Position numbers and translations under genes: made by a program. From positions 70,246,001 to 70,310,000 of the forward strand of contig OX597827.1 in the NCBI GenBank assembly GCA_951406725.2: 64,000 nt of DNA, written 5' to 3'. A model generated the notes under the pieces. That model was not told the DNA's origin. It ran no database searches and was given only the letters and a program-made list of their open reading frames with translations. The stretch comes from Octopus vulgaris (Eukaryota). Shown in pieces: positions 11,798 through 24,088 of this stretch; position 1 is the stretch's first letter; each line of letters begins with the position of its first letter.

Positions 11798-13286
11798 CAT
11801 CGTTTAACGTTCGCTTTCCATGCTAGCATGGGTTGGACGATTTGACTGAGGACTGGCGAACAATATATAGCATTAATAGTTTCAACGTGGATATCATTTA
11901 CATTATTGATATCACCCGGATTACAATAATACAATCACTCATACCACAATTATCCAGTCACCACTTGCAGTATACTGCTGTCGGCTCCGGGTCCAATTAG
12001 TTCTTCATCCCATCATATTTCAGAACTAACAACAACAACAACAACAACATATCTTATTATTCTATCTCTTTTGTGAGCAGGATAATCTTTTAGCCAATCA
12101 TAACATCTAATATCTCTATAAATAACTATTTCAGAAAATTTTTAGTTGTGGGAACGACAGCATGCACGTACGTATGTTACATAACGGGATGTAATAGTAC
12201 ACAGTACTTTAGAATAGTAGATAGCATTTCCGTGATTCAGTTATGAATGATTGTAATGTTAAGATGGTTGATCAAAGATCACTTCTGTTTAGTCAGAATT
12301 TAGGTTGAACCTAAAAATTCTGACTAAATTTTGGTGAGAAAATTGCCCGGAGCTGGAATAAAGTAGTTAATTCCTGTCTGTCAACAGTCACTTTCCTTTT
12401 GTACTTTAAGCATCCTCAATGCTTAGTTTATGCATTTCATTTCCTAAACCGGACACTGGAAGACTGTCACATGGACAGGAAGAAGAAAAAGAAACCTCAT
12501 CTGATTTTTTTTTTTAATCATGATGGTTTGAATCTTGAAGTCTTCTCTTCTATTCCAGCCAGTGTTTTGCTAAAAATAAAAAATAAATCTTCATTTATTA
12601 TTATTGAGTAACAATGGTCAGCTTTGCTTAGACACAACTGGTGTTGGGTGTGTTTTCATCCTTGTAACTTAGCTGTTCAGCAAAAAAATCAGAAAACAAA
12701 AAAAAAAAAATGATAGAATAGTTCTTGGTTTAAAAAATAAGTCCTGGGGTGGATTTATTCAACTAAAACCCATCAAGGTGGTGTTCCAGCATGGCCACAA
12801 CCCATGCTAGCACGGAAAATGGACGTTAAACGATGATGATGATGATGAAGATAGTAAAAGAATATATATATATAGCTAGCCAGATAGATAGATAGACAGA
12901 CAGACAGATAGATTGATCAATTGATTGATAAATAGATATTTTTTTGTTGCACACATTTCATGACATCCTGTGTCCACATATGCTTATATATACGTATAGA
13001 TGTAAGTATGTACATATACGTATGTATATATGCATAAATATATATATATATATATTATTTATATATAAAAATTAGAAAAAAACACCTTTTATCAATATAT
13101 ATATATAAAATTTTTATAATTATTAGTATAATTATAATTAGGGTTCAGCAAAAGTATTTGCTTCACCACATACAGAAATTTAGAAATAACAGTTAAAACT
13201 AGCTATTTCTCTACCATAAGAAAATCTCCCAGACAACAATACTCAACAAACATACCGAACTTTTAACATACTGAACTACTTGGTAA

Positions 13287-13325
<39 letters not shown>

Positions 13326-13326
<1 letters not shown>

Positions 13327-13628
13327 TAGCAGTATCGCCCGGCGTTGCTCGGGTTTGTAAGGGAAATAACTATATAAGCATTTTTAGAGAGTTACTTCCT
13401 TTATATAATAGTAAAAAAATGCATTAAAAATGGGAAAAAATTATGGTAAATTTTTTTTTTAATCGTAGACTCATCGTAGACGTGCGCTAATACCCAGAAG
13501 GGCTTGATATGAATCATGACTCTAAGATACCCGCTTTTGGTTAAACTGCACCGCAAAATGTGGGAGTAGTTATGAATCTAAATCATAGGAGACAGACACT
13601 CACACAACTTCACTTTTATATATAAAGA
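13326..13628 (-). mobile_element. Non-autonomous Helitron (same family as 37602-37998)
   Basis: Minus strand A|TCTTTATATATAAAAG ... cccgagcaacgccggg hairpin ... CTAG|T; no TSD. Confidence 0.88.
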
Positions 13629-14003
13629 TATATAGGGCCATAATTTCAAACATATTCTTTTATAAGAGAGTAGGGTGTAATTTGAAGATCATTTGGCTTC
13701 AACTTCACAAAGGACTCCTTCATTTGCTGAAACTAAGGAAATTTTCACGCCAAAGATTTTCTTTTCATTTTCTCAATGCTACAGAAATTCAAAGATGTAA
13801 TCGCTATAAAATCAATCTGGCAACTTGTTCTGAATCTCAATGATTCGAACCAACTATAAAATCTATACTTGAAGGAAACTACAATTCTGTATGATTTTCT
13901 TTGTTTTAAAATATGTTACATCCTTAGTGACATAGATTATTCTTTGAATTCATATGACTAGCATGAATAAGCAATGTATTATAGAGTTTACACACTAATA
14001 CAT

Positions 14004-14420
14004 AGGCAAAGGAGTGGCTGTGTGGTAAGTAGCTTGCTTACCAACCACATGGTTCCGGGTTCAGTCCCACTGTGTGGCACCTTGGGCAAGTGTCTTCTAC
14101 TATAGCCTCGGCCCAACCAAAGCCTTGTGAGAGGATTTGGTTGATGGAAACTGAAAGAAGCCCGTTGTATATATGTATATACATGTACATGTATGTGTGT
14201 GTATATGTTTGTGCGTCTGTGTTTGTCCCCCAACGTCACTTGATAACCAATGCTGGTGTGTTTATGTCCCCGTAACTTAGCAGTTCGGCAAAAGTGACCG
14301 ATAGAATAAGTACTAGGCTTACAAAGAATAAGTCCTGGGGTTGATTTGCTCGACTAAAGGTGGTGCTCTAGCATGGCCACAGTCAAATGACTGAAACAAG
14401 TAAAAGAGTAACAGAGTAGT
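14004..14420 (+). mobile_element. Full-length type A SINE
   Basis: Collinear with 2093-2505. Confidence 0.9.
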
Positions 14421-14499
14421 TTGACAATCTATACATGTATACTTATCCATCTATGCATTTGTACACACACACACACGCACACATACATGCATGCATATA

Positions 14500-14715
14500 C
14501 AAGGGTGTGGTGAAGAGTTCCAGGCAATAAAGGTATCACAAAAGTCCTGGTTGGAGGCCCAACCATACAAGTTCTTTTGTAGGGCTTAGAAAAACTGAAG
14601 GACTGCTGCAATAAGTGTATGAATCTGAGAGTGGGGTATGTTGAATAATATCATAATTAACTGATCCCCTTGTATTTTCTTTTACCCAAAGCCAGGAACT
14701 TTTCAGCACCCCTTC

Positions 14716-14716
<1 letters not shown>
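14500..14716 (+). mobile_element. mariner (DD34D-type) deletion derivative
   Basis: TA-flanked TIRs aagggtgtggtgaagagttccaggc / gccaggaacttttcagcacccctt; remnant GLEKLKDCCNKCMNLRVGYVE* resembles the mariner transposase C-terminus; second copy at 28559-28773. Confidence 0.8.
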
Positions 14717-14764
<48 letters not shown>

Positions 14765-14767
<3 letters not shown>

Positions 14768-14990
14768 AAATGTTACCACAAGTGGATCATTGGCGATTTT
14801 TTTCCTCCATCTCCCATTTCTCTTGGACTTTCCTCTGTCTCCTGTTTCTGACGAAGAGCTTTGCTCGAAATGTAAAAACTACCTTTCCTTCCTTCCCTGA
14901 GTATCTGCTAGTACTTTGCATGTACCACGTCCTCGTATTGTTGTTTTTTCTTGTGTTTGTTCTTTGTTCTTCTTGGATTTACTATTTTAG
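14765..14990 (+). mobile_element. Penelope-like terminal-repeat remnant with a minimal hammerhead motif (14844-14879)
   Basis: gttt-CTGACGA-a-gagc(ttt)gctc-GAAA-tgta-aaaac; flanked by microsatellites; homologous to 40085-40308. Confidence 0.55.
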
Positions 14991-15027
<37 letters not shown>

Positions 15028-15539
15028 TATGTGTGTATGTATGTATGTATGTATGTATGTATGTATGTATGTATGTATGTATGTACATACACATGCATAT
15101 CCATGGATACATTCATACATACATATATAAATACATGCATACATATGTATGCGTGTTTGTATATATGTATACATGCATATATTATGTGTGTTTTTGTACA
15201 CATACATGTGTGTATACACATAAGCACACACATGTGTACATGCTGTCACACATACACATATATGTAGATATAAACTCATGCACAAACACACACACACACA
15301 TAGTGTACCCAGCAACTGAGAACAAAACCTAATATATAAAACAAAAATCAATGACACCAACGAGACAAAAAACAACATTCCCTGGAGAATGACTCACACA
15401 TTTAATTCAATATATCAAAGAAACGAAGGTCGTTCGACAAAAACCACCATCATTCCCATTGATGGCTTCATCGCAACCAGGAAGAAATTGCATACAAAGA
15501 ACAGGTGATCCACCTATCATTTATGCCAACCATTATAAA

Positions 15540-15777
15540 AAACACCATCCGAGCGTGGCCGTTCACCAGCCTCGTCTGGCACCTGTGTCGGTGGGACATA
15601 AAAAGCACCCACTACACTCACGGAGTGGTTGGCGTTAGGAAGGGCATCCAGCTGTAGAAACACTGCCAGATCTGACTGGCCTGGTGCAGCCTTCGGGCTT
15701 CCCAGACCCCAGTTGAACCATCCAAACCATGCTAGCATGGAAAGCGGACGTTAAACGATGATGATGATGATGATGAT
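15540..15777 (+). mobile_element. RTE 3' UTR fragment with (GAT)n tail
   Basis: ggagtggttggcgttaggaagggcatccagc...ccatgctagcatggaaagcggacgttaaacgatgatg. Confidence 0.85.
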
Positions 15778-15987
15778 TATCTCATGATAACAGCCAACAA
15801 GTCATTGGCTCCAGAGCCAGATTAAGACACATAGAGGCCCTAAGAACTTAAAAGATTTTGGTGCCCCCATATTTGTGTAATTCAAAATATAAGCAGCTAT
15901 AGACCATAAAATATATTTCCATTTTTCAAGATGAAATAAAACTAACAGTAAGATGGAAAATAATGTTTATTTTTGTATATTTCCATT

Positions 15988-16410
15988 TTACTCTTTTTAC
16001 TCTCTTTCTCTCTTTTTACTTGTTTCAGTCATTTGACTGCGGCCATGCTGGAGCACTGCCTTTAATCGAGCAACTCGACCCCAGGACTTATTCTTTTGTA
16101 AGCCTAGTACTTATTCTATCGGTCTCTTTTGCCGAACCACTAAGTAACGAGGACATAAACACACCAGCATCGGTTGTCAAGCAATGCTAGGGGGACAAAC
16201 ACACTCACACAAACACACACACGCATATATATATATATACATATATACGACGGGCTTCTTTCAGTTTCCGTCTACCAAATCCACTCACAAGGCTTTGGTC
16301 GGCCCGAGGCTATAGTAGAAGACACTTGCCCAAGGTGCCACGCAGTGGGACTGAACCCGAAACCATGTGGCTGGTAAACAAGCTACTTACCACACAGCCA
16401 CTCCTGTGCC
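15988..16410 (-). mobile_element. Full-length type A SINE, apparently inside a degenerate hAT-like element (about 15811-16615)
   Basis: Reverse complement of 2093-2505; flank begins ccagagccagattaag. Confidence 0.88.
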
Positions 16411-16627
16411 TATTTATATTTGAAAATTTTTCTTTAATTGCAGAGTCTTTGATCGGATCCTCAGCATTAATCTTACGTAACACATCTGCTTCTATACTTA
16501 GTAGTGATAAGGTAGCTCAAATATTGTTTTAACAAGTTTAAAGTGATTTCTTTTATGCCGTAAACCATTTACGAGTTTTGTGGTGCTGCCCTTCCCTTGA
16601 TGCCCTCAGCACATACATAGATGGATA

Positions 16628-17822
16628 GTTTGTTTTTGATTTTGTTAACTACACAGTATAGTAGGGTCAGTCTGAGGCCCGCTATACTGTGTAGTTGACA
16701 AAATCAAAAACAAACAATGTGCATGAGTGAAATTAAGAATATAAAATGGCAACAATTTACCCATCGCACCCTGTATATGTATGTATGTATGTATGTATGT
16801 TTGTATGTATGTATGTATGTTTGTATGTATGTATGTATGTATGTGTATATGTATGTGTGTATGTATGTGTATATGTATGTTTGTATGTATGTATGTTTGT
16901 ATGTATGTGTGTGTATGTATGTGTATGTATGTATGTGTATATGTATGTGTGTGTATGTATGTATGCTTGTATGTATGTATGTATGTATGTATGTATGTGT
17001 ATATGTATGTGTGTATGTATGTATGTATGTATCTATGTTTGTATGTATGTATGTATGTATGTATAGTCTGTGAGAAAAACAGCACTTTGGTACAATTCAC
17101 TCTGCCAGGAATTTGGAAATGACATGCTGTACTGCTTGGCATTCACACTGGAAGCTTCAAATTAGAACATTTTAGAGTGTTTGAGTGTCAATCTGAGGAC
17201 ATGTAGCGAGAGTGATAAAAATAAACTTCCAGTCAACATCATGGTGTTTGGAGTGATCACTAGTGACAGCGATGTTATACCTCCATTCAGGCTCAACACA
17301 GAGGCCTACATCAAATGCCTCAAGGAGGCAGTGCTGCCCTGGGTCAAGAGGGTGGCTGCTGGAAGATCCTAGGACTGGCAACAAGACTCTGCACCATGCC
17401 ACACAAGCAGGTGAACCCAGTTGTGGCTGTCAGACAATTTCTGCGACCACATCACCCCTAACATCAGGCCACCTAACTTCCCAGACTGCAACCTCCTTAA
17501 TTATTATGTGTTGCATACAGTGGAGCAAGAGAGCAATAAAAAAAAACAACAAAACTCTTTGTAGCACCAAAGATGAACTGAAGGCAAGGATTATGGCAGC
17601 ATTCACCAACTTAAACAAGGAGACAACCAGAAGAGCTGCAAGAGATTCTGAGGTCATCTGGAGGCTGTGGCTGAAGCCAATGGCGATTTTATTGAATAAG
17701 TTTACTCTTTAGTATGTCAAAATATTTTTATGTAATTTTGGTAAATATATCTGTTAAAATGAGATGTCAGTGATATTTTCATTTTTGCATAATTTAGATG
17801 ACAATATATTTACTGTACCCTG
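16628..17822 (+). mobile_element. Decayed DD37D (maT-type) Tc1/mariner transposon with a rearranged left end
   Basis: Remnant KLPVNIMVFGVITSDSDV...AYIKCL..VLPWVKRVAAGR..WQQDSAPCHTSR*TQLWLSDNFCDHITPNIRPPNFPDCNLLNYYV, with 37 residues between the second D and the N that replaces the third D; ends ...accctg|TA. Confidence 0.85.
16774..17064. repeat. (TATG)n compound microsatellite
   Basis: Read directly. Confidence 0.95.
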
Positions 17823-18642
17823 TATGTATGTATGTAAAAAATAGCGTTCGTAAAAAATTTTATCTCGTTTGGCTTAACAGCCCTTCCTGTTTGTGTTACT
17901 GTTATTCTCCTTGTCCTGTCTTTTACTGTTTATATTTTGTACACTCGTTACTGTCCTGTTTTTGTTACCATTTTTACCCCTCTGCAAAAAAAATCTCAGA
18001 TTTTATTTAATTTGATTTTCACGGGAAGGATTGTTTCATTAAAGTCATGTATCGCCTTGACCTTCGTAACGTGGAGTAGATGAAACAAAGGCGACTGAAG
18101 AAGGGGAATTTTCCTTGTTTTGTATGTCCTGTACTCTTTTTTTTTCGTTGTTTAAGAAAAATGTCCAATTCCTTGGTTTTGTGTTTATGTTTTCGTTTCT
18201 CATTGTGTTCGACGTTTTTTGGTATCCTGTACCCATATATGCATGTATATATACATGTAGAGGTAGGTATGTACATATATGTAAGTGTGTATGCATATGT
18301 TTTATTTATTTATTAATTTATATATATATATATATATCAGTTTCTTTCAGTTCCATCTGCCATACCCACTAACCAATCTTTGGTTGGCCCCAGGATGTAC
18401 AAGGACAAACAAGCCCACAACACTGCTCACTGGTCTGAACTTAAAACCGTTTCGTTGGGAAGGGAACTTTTTAACTACACAACTATGCCTGCATTTATAC
18501 ATGTGTGTGTGAGAGTGCACATGTATGTGTGTGTGCATATGTATTATTTGTTTACTCATTTTTTGCTCATTCATCTTTACATCCGCTTTTCCATACCAGC
18601 AGGGGTTAGGCAAATACATTATTGACGCACTGTTTCACAGCT

Positions 18643-18744
<102 letters not shown>

Positions 18745-18758
18745 CATACATACACACA

Positions 18759-18804
<46 letters not shown>

Positions 18805-18934
18805 GACTTAGTGAAATCTCCTTACAGTTATGCATGTGATTCAATATATTTATCACTTAATCATTGCTTCTTCAATGTCTTCCACCGGTCTAACTACATA
18901 TAAAACAATTTCTTGGAGAGATCTCTCTGCTGCT

Positions 18935-19850
18935 CTCACTCATCTTCTTCTTCACCATCGTCGTCTTCCTCCTCCTCCTCCTTCTCCTCCTGTCTTCTTC
19001 TTCTTCTTCTTCTTCTTCTTCTTCTTCTTCTTCTTCTTCTTCTTCTTCTTCTTCTTCTCCTCCTCCACCTTTGTTGTTGTTGTTGATGTTCTTCTTCTTC
19101 TTCTTCTTCTTCTTCTTCTTCCTCTTCCTCTTCCTCCTCCTCTTCTTCTTCTTTTCTTTTTCTTCTCCTTCTCCACTGTTGTTGTTTTTCTCCTCCTCCT
19201 CCACTGTTGTTGTTGTTGTTCTTCTTCTTCTTCTTCCTCCTCCTCCTCTTTTTCTCCTTCTTCCTCTTCCTCCTCCTCTTCTTCTTTTTCTTTTTCTTCT
19301 CCTTCTCCACTGTTGTTGTTTTTCTCCTCCTCCTCCACTGTTGTTGTTGTTGTTGTTCTTCTTCTTCTTCTTCCTCCTCCTCTTTTTCTCCTTCTTCCTC
19401 CTCCTCTTCTTCTTCTTTTTCTTCTCCTCCTCTTCCACTGTTGTTGTTCTCCTCCTCCTCCACTGTTGTTGTTGTTGTTCTTCTTCTTCTTCACCATCAT
19501 CGTCTTCTTCTTCTTCTTCTTCTTCTTCTTCTTCTTCTTCTTCTTCTTCTTCTTCTTCTTCTTCTTCTTTGTCCTTCTCCTCCTCCAGCCTTCTTATTTT
19601 CTTCTCTCTTTCTTTTCCCTGTGTCTGTTTACTTCAAATATTCTTTGATTTTTTCTGCTTCCTTTTTCTTTACTTTCTCTTCTTTTATATTTTCCTTTCT
19701 CTTCTTTTACTTTCTTTTTTTTTTTTTTCACTTTCTTCTTATTTCCTCTCGCCTTTCTCTTTTTCATTCTTTTTTCTTCCTCCTCATTTTTTTTCTTTTT
19801 TCTGTCTTCCTTCTCCTTCCCCCCCCCCCCTATTTCTTTTACTATTATAA
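18935..19850. repeat. Long polypyrimidine compound repeat (TTC/CTC/TTG) with higher-order units
   Basis: Repeated ctccactgttgttgtt blocks between (TTC)n and (CTC)n runs. Confidence 0.95.
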
Positions 19851-20415
19851 GTTATAAATCACCTTTGACCTGGAAAGTAATGGAAACTATCTCATTTATT
19901 TACAAAAAAAGAAAAAAAATAATGAAAAAAAACAAACCAACATACTATATAACTACATGTGAGATAGTTTAGACATAACTTTAAAGGTTGTTTTTCAGAT
20001 ATTTCGGTGAAAGTTCTATGATTCACTCCATTTCACATATTTTTTTATCAATATGCCTTTTATGTGTCATACTTGGATATTTTGTTGAGAATTCTTTGAT
20101 GAATCACACGGAAAATTCTCTCAGAAACACTCTTTGTGTACTGATCTACATTATTTTAAGAAAATATTTTCATGTAAATATGAATATAAATTATGTTTAA
20201 TAGGTGCTGGATCAGATTAGATCAGCCAAGTCATAAGTAGTTGGATGAAATGTCTGAAGTACTTAGGTACAATCCTTAAGATTCTGAGATCAAATCTTGT
20301 TGAGGTCAACTTGATGAATCACATGGGATGTTTACTCAGAAGCATGTTTTGTGTTCTCATCTATGTAATTTAAAGAAGGAGGATCGGCCTAATCATGAGT
20401 TATTGGTTGAAATAC

Positions 20416-21965
20416 ATGCAGGGGTGGCTGTGTGGTAAGAAGCTTGCTTCCCAACCACATGGTTCTGGGTTCAGTCCCACTGCATGACACCTTGGGCAAG
20501 TGTCTTCTACTATAGCCTCATGCTGACTGAAGCTTTGTGAGTGGATTTGGTAGATGGAAACTGAAAGAAGCCTATTGTATATATATATATATATATATAT
20601 ATAACTCCTACTATTTCCTACTCGTTTATCTCCCCGTACCTTTTTCTTTGTCTGATTTTTTTCTCATCCTTCAATCCCGCTGTCTCCTACCTATTTCTCC
20701 TCCTTCCATGTGATCGGTGTCTGGCCAGCCATGATCTTTTTTTCTTGGCCTGACTGCTGACCGCCAACACCTCTTGTGTCCATCTCCCATGTTCTTGCCT
20801 TTAAGCTTTCACTTCATATACGCCAGCTCAATTTGATTTGTTCTCAGTCAAAAGACACCAGTTGTTATTTCTTGTTGTTTGTATTCGTAATTCTGTACCA
20901 TGTTCTCCTCTTTTTGTTTGTTTTTTTTGTCCTTGTTACCATACACATTCGCTAGCTTTCTTACAAATGGGTCTAATGCTCTTAGCTTAGACTTTTTTGG
21001 GGGCAACCAGATTGAACCATCTCAAGTGTAACTGCCCGAAATGGTCGTGATTTCTGGGACTTGACTGATGAAAGAAAGCCAAGAATGACCCATCTTTTTT
21101 TTGCCCGTCCTTCTAACTATTTCTCTTGTCTGCCTATGCATCGTCTATCTGTCTGAAGGTTTTAATGCTCTTTATTGCGTTTTTGTTCCATTTTTATGTT
21201 TATATATATATAACGAAAAATAGGAAAATGGAGATAAAATTGATAATTGATAAACACACCAGTTATTATTTATTGATTACAGAAAAAGACAATAGATGAG
21301 ATAATGTCTTTTTTTGTAATCAATAAATAATAGTTGATGTTTATCAATTATCAATTTTATCTTATTTTTCCTTAAATATAAACTTTGGTTCATTCTTTTC
21401 CTTAGCTATCATTTATGAGCATTAATACTAATACTCATAATCGCATATAGGTTACACACCAGTAATTCATTGGATATAAATATATCTTAGATGGTTTCTA
21501 TAACCTCTAATTGAACTCACTTATATATATATATATATATATATATCAAAATAAGCAAATTATTTCACGCAACTCCATTTAATTAAACAATGCAATCATT
21601 ACATCAATTTATATGCAGAGCAATCCTCAGCTGCACAAAGACATAGAATTTAATTAAATTAAAACAGATGGACACATTAGTATAATTTTGCCTAGAATCT
21701 CCAAGAAGTTAAGGAGATAGACAAAGAACATATATATGTATATGTTTGTGTGTCTGTGTTTGTCCTCCTCACCACCATCACCACCATCGCTTGACGACTG
21801 ATGTTGGTGTGTTTACGTCTCCGTAACTTAACAGTTTGGCAAAAGATACCAATAGAATAAGTACTAAGCTTACAAAGAATAACTCCTGAGTTAGGGTTGT
21901 TCGACCAAAGGCAGTGCTCCAGCATGGCTGCAGTCAAATGACTGCAACAAATAAAAGAATAAAAA
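20416..21965 (+). mobile_element. Type A SINE expanded by insertions in its TA tract (head 20416-20580, tail about 21730-21965)
   Basis: Head and tail collinear with the consensus, separated by about 1.1 kb of TA-flanked segments. Confidence 0.75.
21222..21372. repeat. Foldback inverted repeat, about 70-bp arms
   Basis: ggaaaatggagataaaattgataattgataaaca...aaagacaata pairs with taatgtcttt...tgtttatcaattatcaattttatcttatttttcc. Confidence 0.9.
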
Positions 21966-23045
21966 AAAAAGAATAGATACAATCTTTTACATTCTGAGAT
22001 CAAATCCAACTGAGATCAACCTTGCCTTTAATCTTTCTGGAGTTTGATAAAATGAAATACCAGTAAGTACTTGGAATGATTTAATATTCCTATAAAACAT
22101 CGACTGTTATATCACCCAAAATTTGTGGCTTTCTGCTATTTTTAGACATCAATATCAACTAAGACAGGCCAGCATAGTATCCAGATCAATAGTTATCTCT
22201 TTTGTCACACATGCCATGAAACCAGAACCAAGTATCAGTTCTGAAAAACCTTTAGGGTTTAGGAGCCATTTGATATTTATTTTTATCATATATCTTTCAT
22301 AAGCAACATATAATATAAATTCCTTTTAGCTGTATAAATGGATAGCGTTTCCCTTACATATAAATTCTTTATTGCATTTTATCTAAGTATGGAATTATAG
22401 CAATCTGGATTGAGATTCCCTGTTTGCTCATTGGACTGTTATGTCATATTGTATAGCAACATATATTCGGTGACCTGAATGAATGGACAACAGCTAGGAC
22501 AATTTGGCCTCTTGCACACAATTTGTCAAAATTAAAATCCCTCAAAGTGATTCTGTATTGTTTAGTAAGAGGGAGAGGGAAGTTCCTGGGACTCTTTTGT
22601 AGGGATTCTAAGATTAGTAGAAAGAAGAGAGGGAAGACCAAAAACCTAGCTTGAATGCTTGCAACATAATAGATTTTATTTAAGATACCCAGTGTCCAGT
22701 TGGGGGCAACAGCTTTATGTTATGTAAAACATTTGTGCTCAAGCCCAAATGTTCTACCTACTTTATGTTCACACTGGCAAGAGATGACCTCTCATACCTA
22801 TCCTACAACATCATTTTGAAAAATAAACAATCACATCATCGAAATCTCAAAGCTATGTGATAAAGCATGATTAGTTAAAAAAAATGTGGCCGTGTGGTAA
22901 AAAGCTTGCTTCCCAATCACATGGTTCTGGGTTCAGTCCTACTGTGTGGCACCTTGGGTGAGTGTCTTCTATAGCCTCAGGCTGACTGAAGCTTTGTGAG
23001 TGGATTTGGTAGACAGAAACTGAAAGGAGCCTGTCATATATATAT

Positions 23046-23338
23046 CGTTGCTATTATGTCCAAATTTGGCTAAATGTGTTTTTTTTTTTCAATATTTATT
23101 TTTGCTTGCAATAGCTGGTTCTTTTGATCAAACAATCGTATCTCCAGCTGCTTCAGATGCCAAGATATCAAAAATTGTCAAAATGTAGAACAACAGTTTT
23201 GCTATGGAATGGTGAAACTATTTTTTTGTTTTCTGAAGAAGTAATGTTTTGGATTTATGACACTTTTGCATAATAGCAACAACAACAACAACACACACAT
23301 CATTGCTGTTATGCAAAAGTGTCATAAGTTCAAAACAT
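23046..23338. mobile_element. MITE (23046-23281) followed by an inverted partial copy of its right end
   Basis: TIR gttgctattatg / cataatagcaac; 23298-23338 is the reverse complement of about 23243-23280. Confidence 0.6.
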
Positions 23339-23356
23339 ATATAATATGAATGTATG

Positions 23357-23390
<34 letters not shown>

Positions 23391-23864
23391 TGTATGTATG
23401 TATGTATCTCTGTTGTACCCACCATTACTGTTGTTTAGTTCCAAGCCAGCCTTGATCTAGCTGGCCAATAATTTAAAGGTATTCCAGCTATGATCATCCG
23501 TTTTGTTTGTTTTTTTGAGCCATCAGTCAACTGGACACTGCCCAAGAGCCCAGAGCTCTGAGGGGCCCACACTCTATATGTTAACTCTACATGCTAAGGG
23601 GCCCAATAAACAGTTATGCCCAAGAGCCCTTAATACTCTCAGTCCACCCTTGGTGTAAGACATCTTATACAATATTATAGAATGTCATTTCTTAATATGG
23701 CAGGATGTGATGTGAAGGAGTCGGTTGCTATTTCAAGCAAATCAAATTACCATCCAGTGCTTTGTTTGTTGGCTCAGTCTGCTTCGTGACCAGTTCATAT
23801 AAAAATGTTCTTTACCCTGCTGGCTTTCTGAAGTAATGAATACCAGTAATATTATTAGGTGAAA

Positions 23865-24088
23865 GAAAGTGAGCTGGCAGAATCATTAGCATGCTAGGCA
23901 AAATCATTAGCAGCATTTTCATCCATCATCACATTCTGAGTTCAAATTCCGCCAAGGTCAACTTTGCCTTTCATCCTTTTGGGGTTGATAAAATAAGTAC
24001 CAGTTAAGCACTGGGGTCAATGCAATCAACTAGCCCCCACCCCTCCCCTGAAATTACTGGCTTTGTACCAAAATTCGAAACCAGTATA
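23865..24088 (+). mobile_element. Third SINE family, full copy
   Basis: Collinear with other copies; flanking direct repeat attaggtgaaa. Confidence 0.82.

Noticed and set aside
18830-19857. Overlapping poly-Phe/Ser/Glu/Lys ORFs of 175-272 aa
   Set aside because: Products of the TTC/CTC repeat tract
19988-20200. 70-aa hydrophobic ORF after a possible acceptor
   Set aside because: No recognisable homology, weak donor site, and composition expected of T-rich DNA
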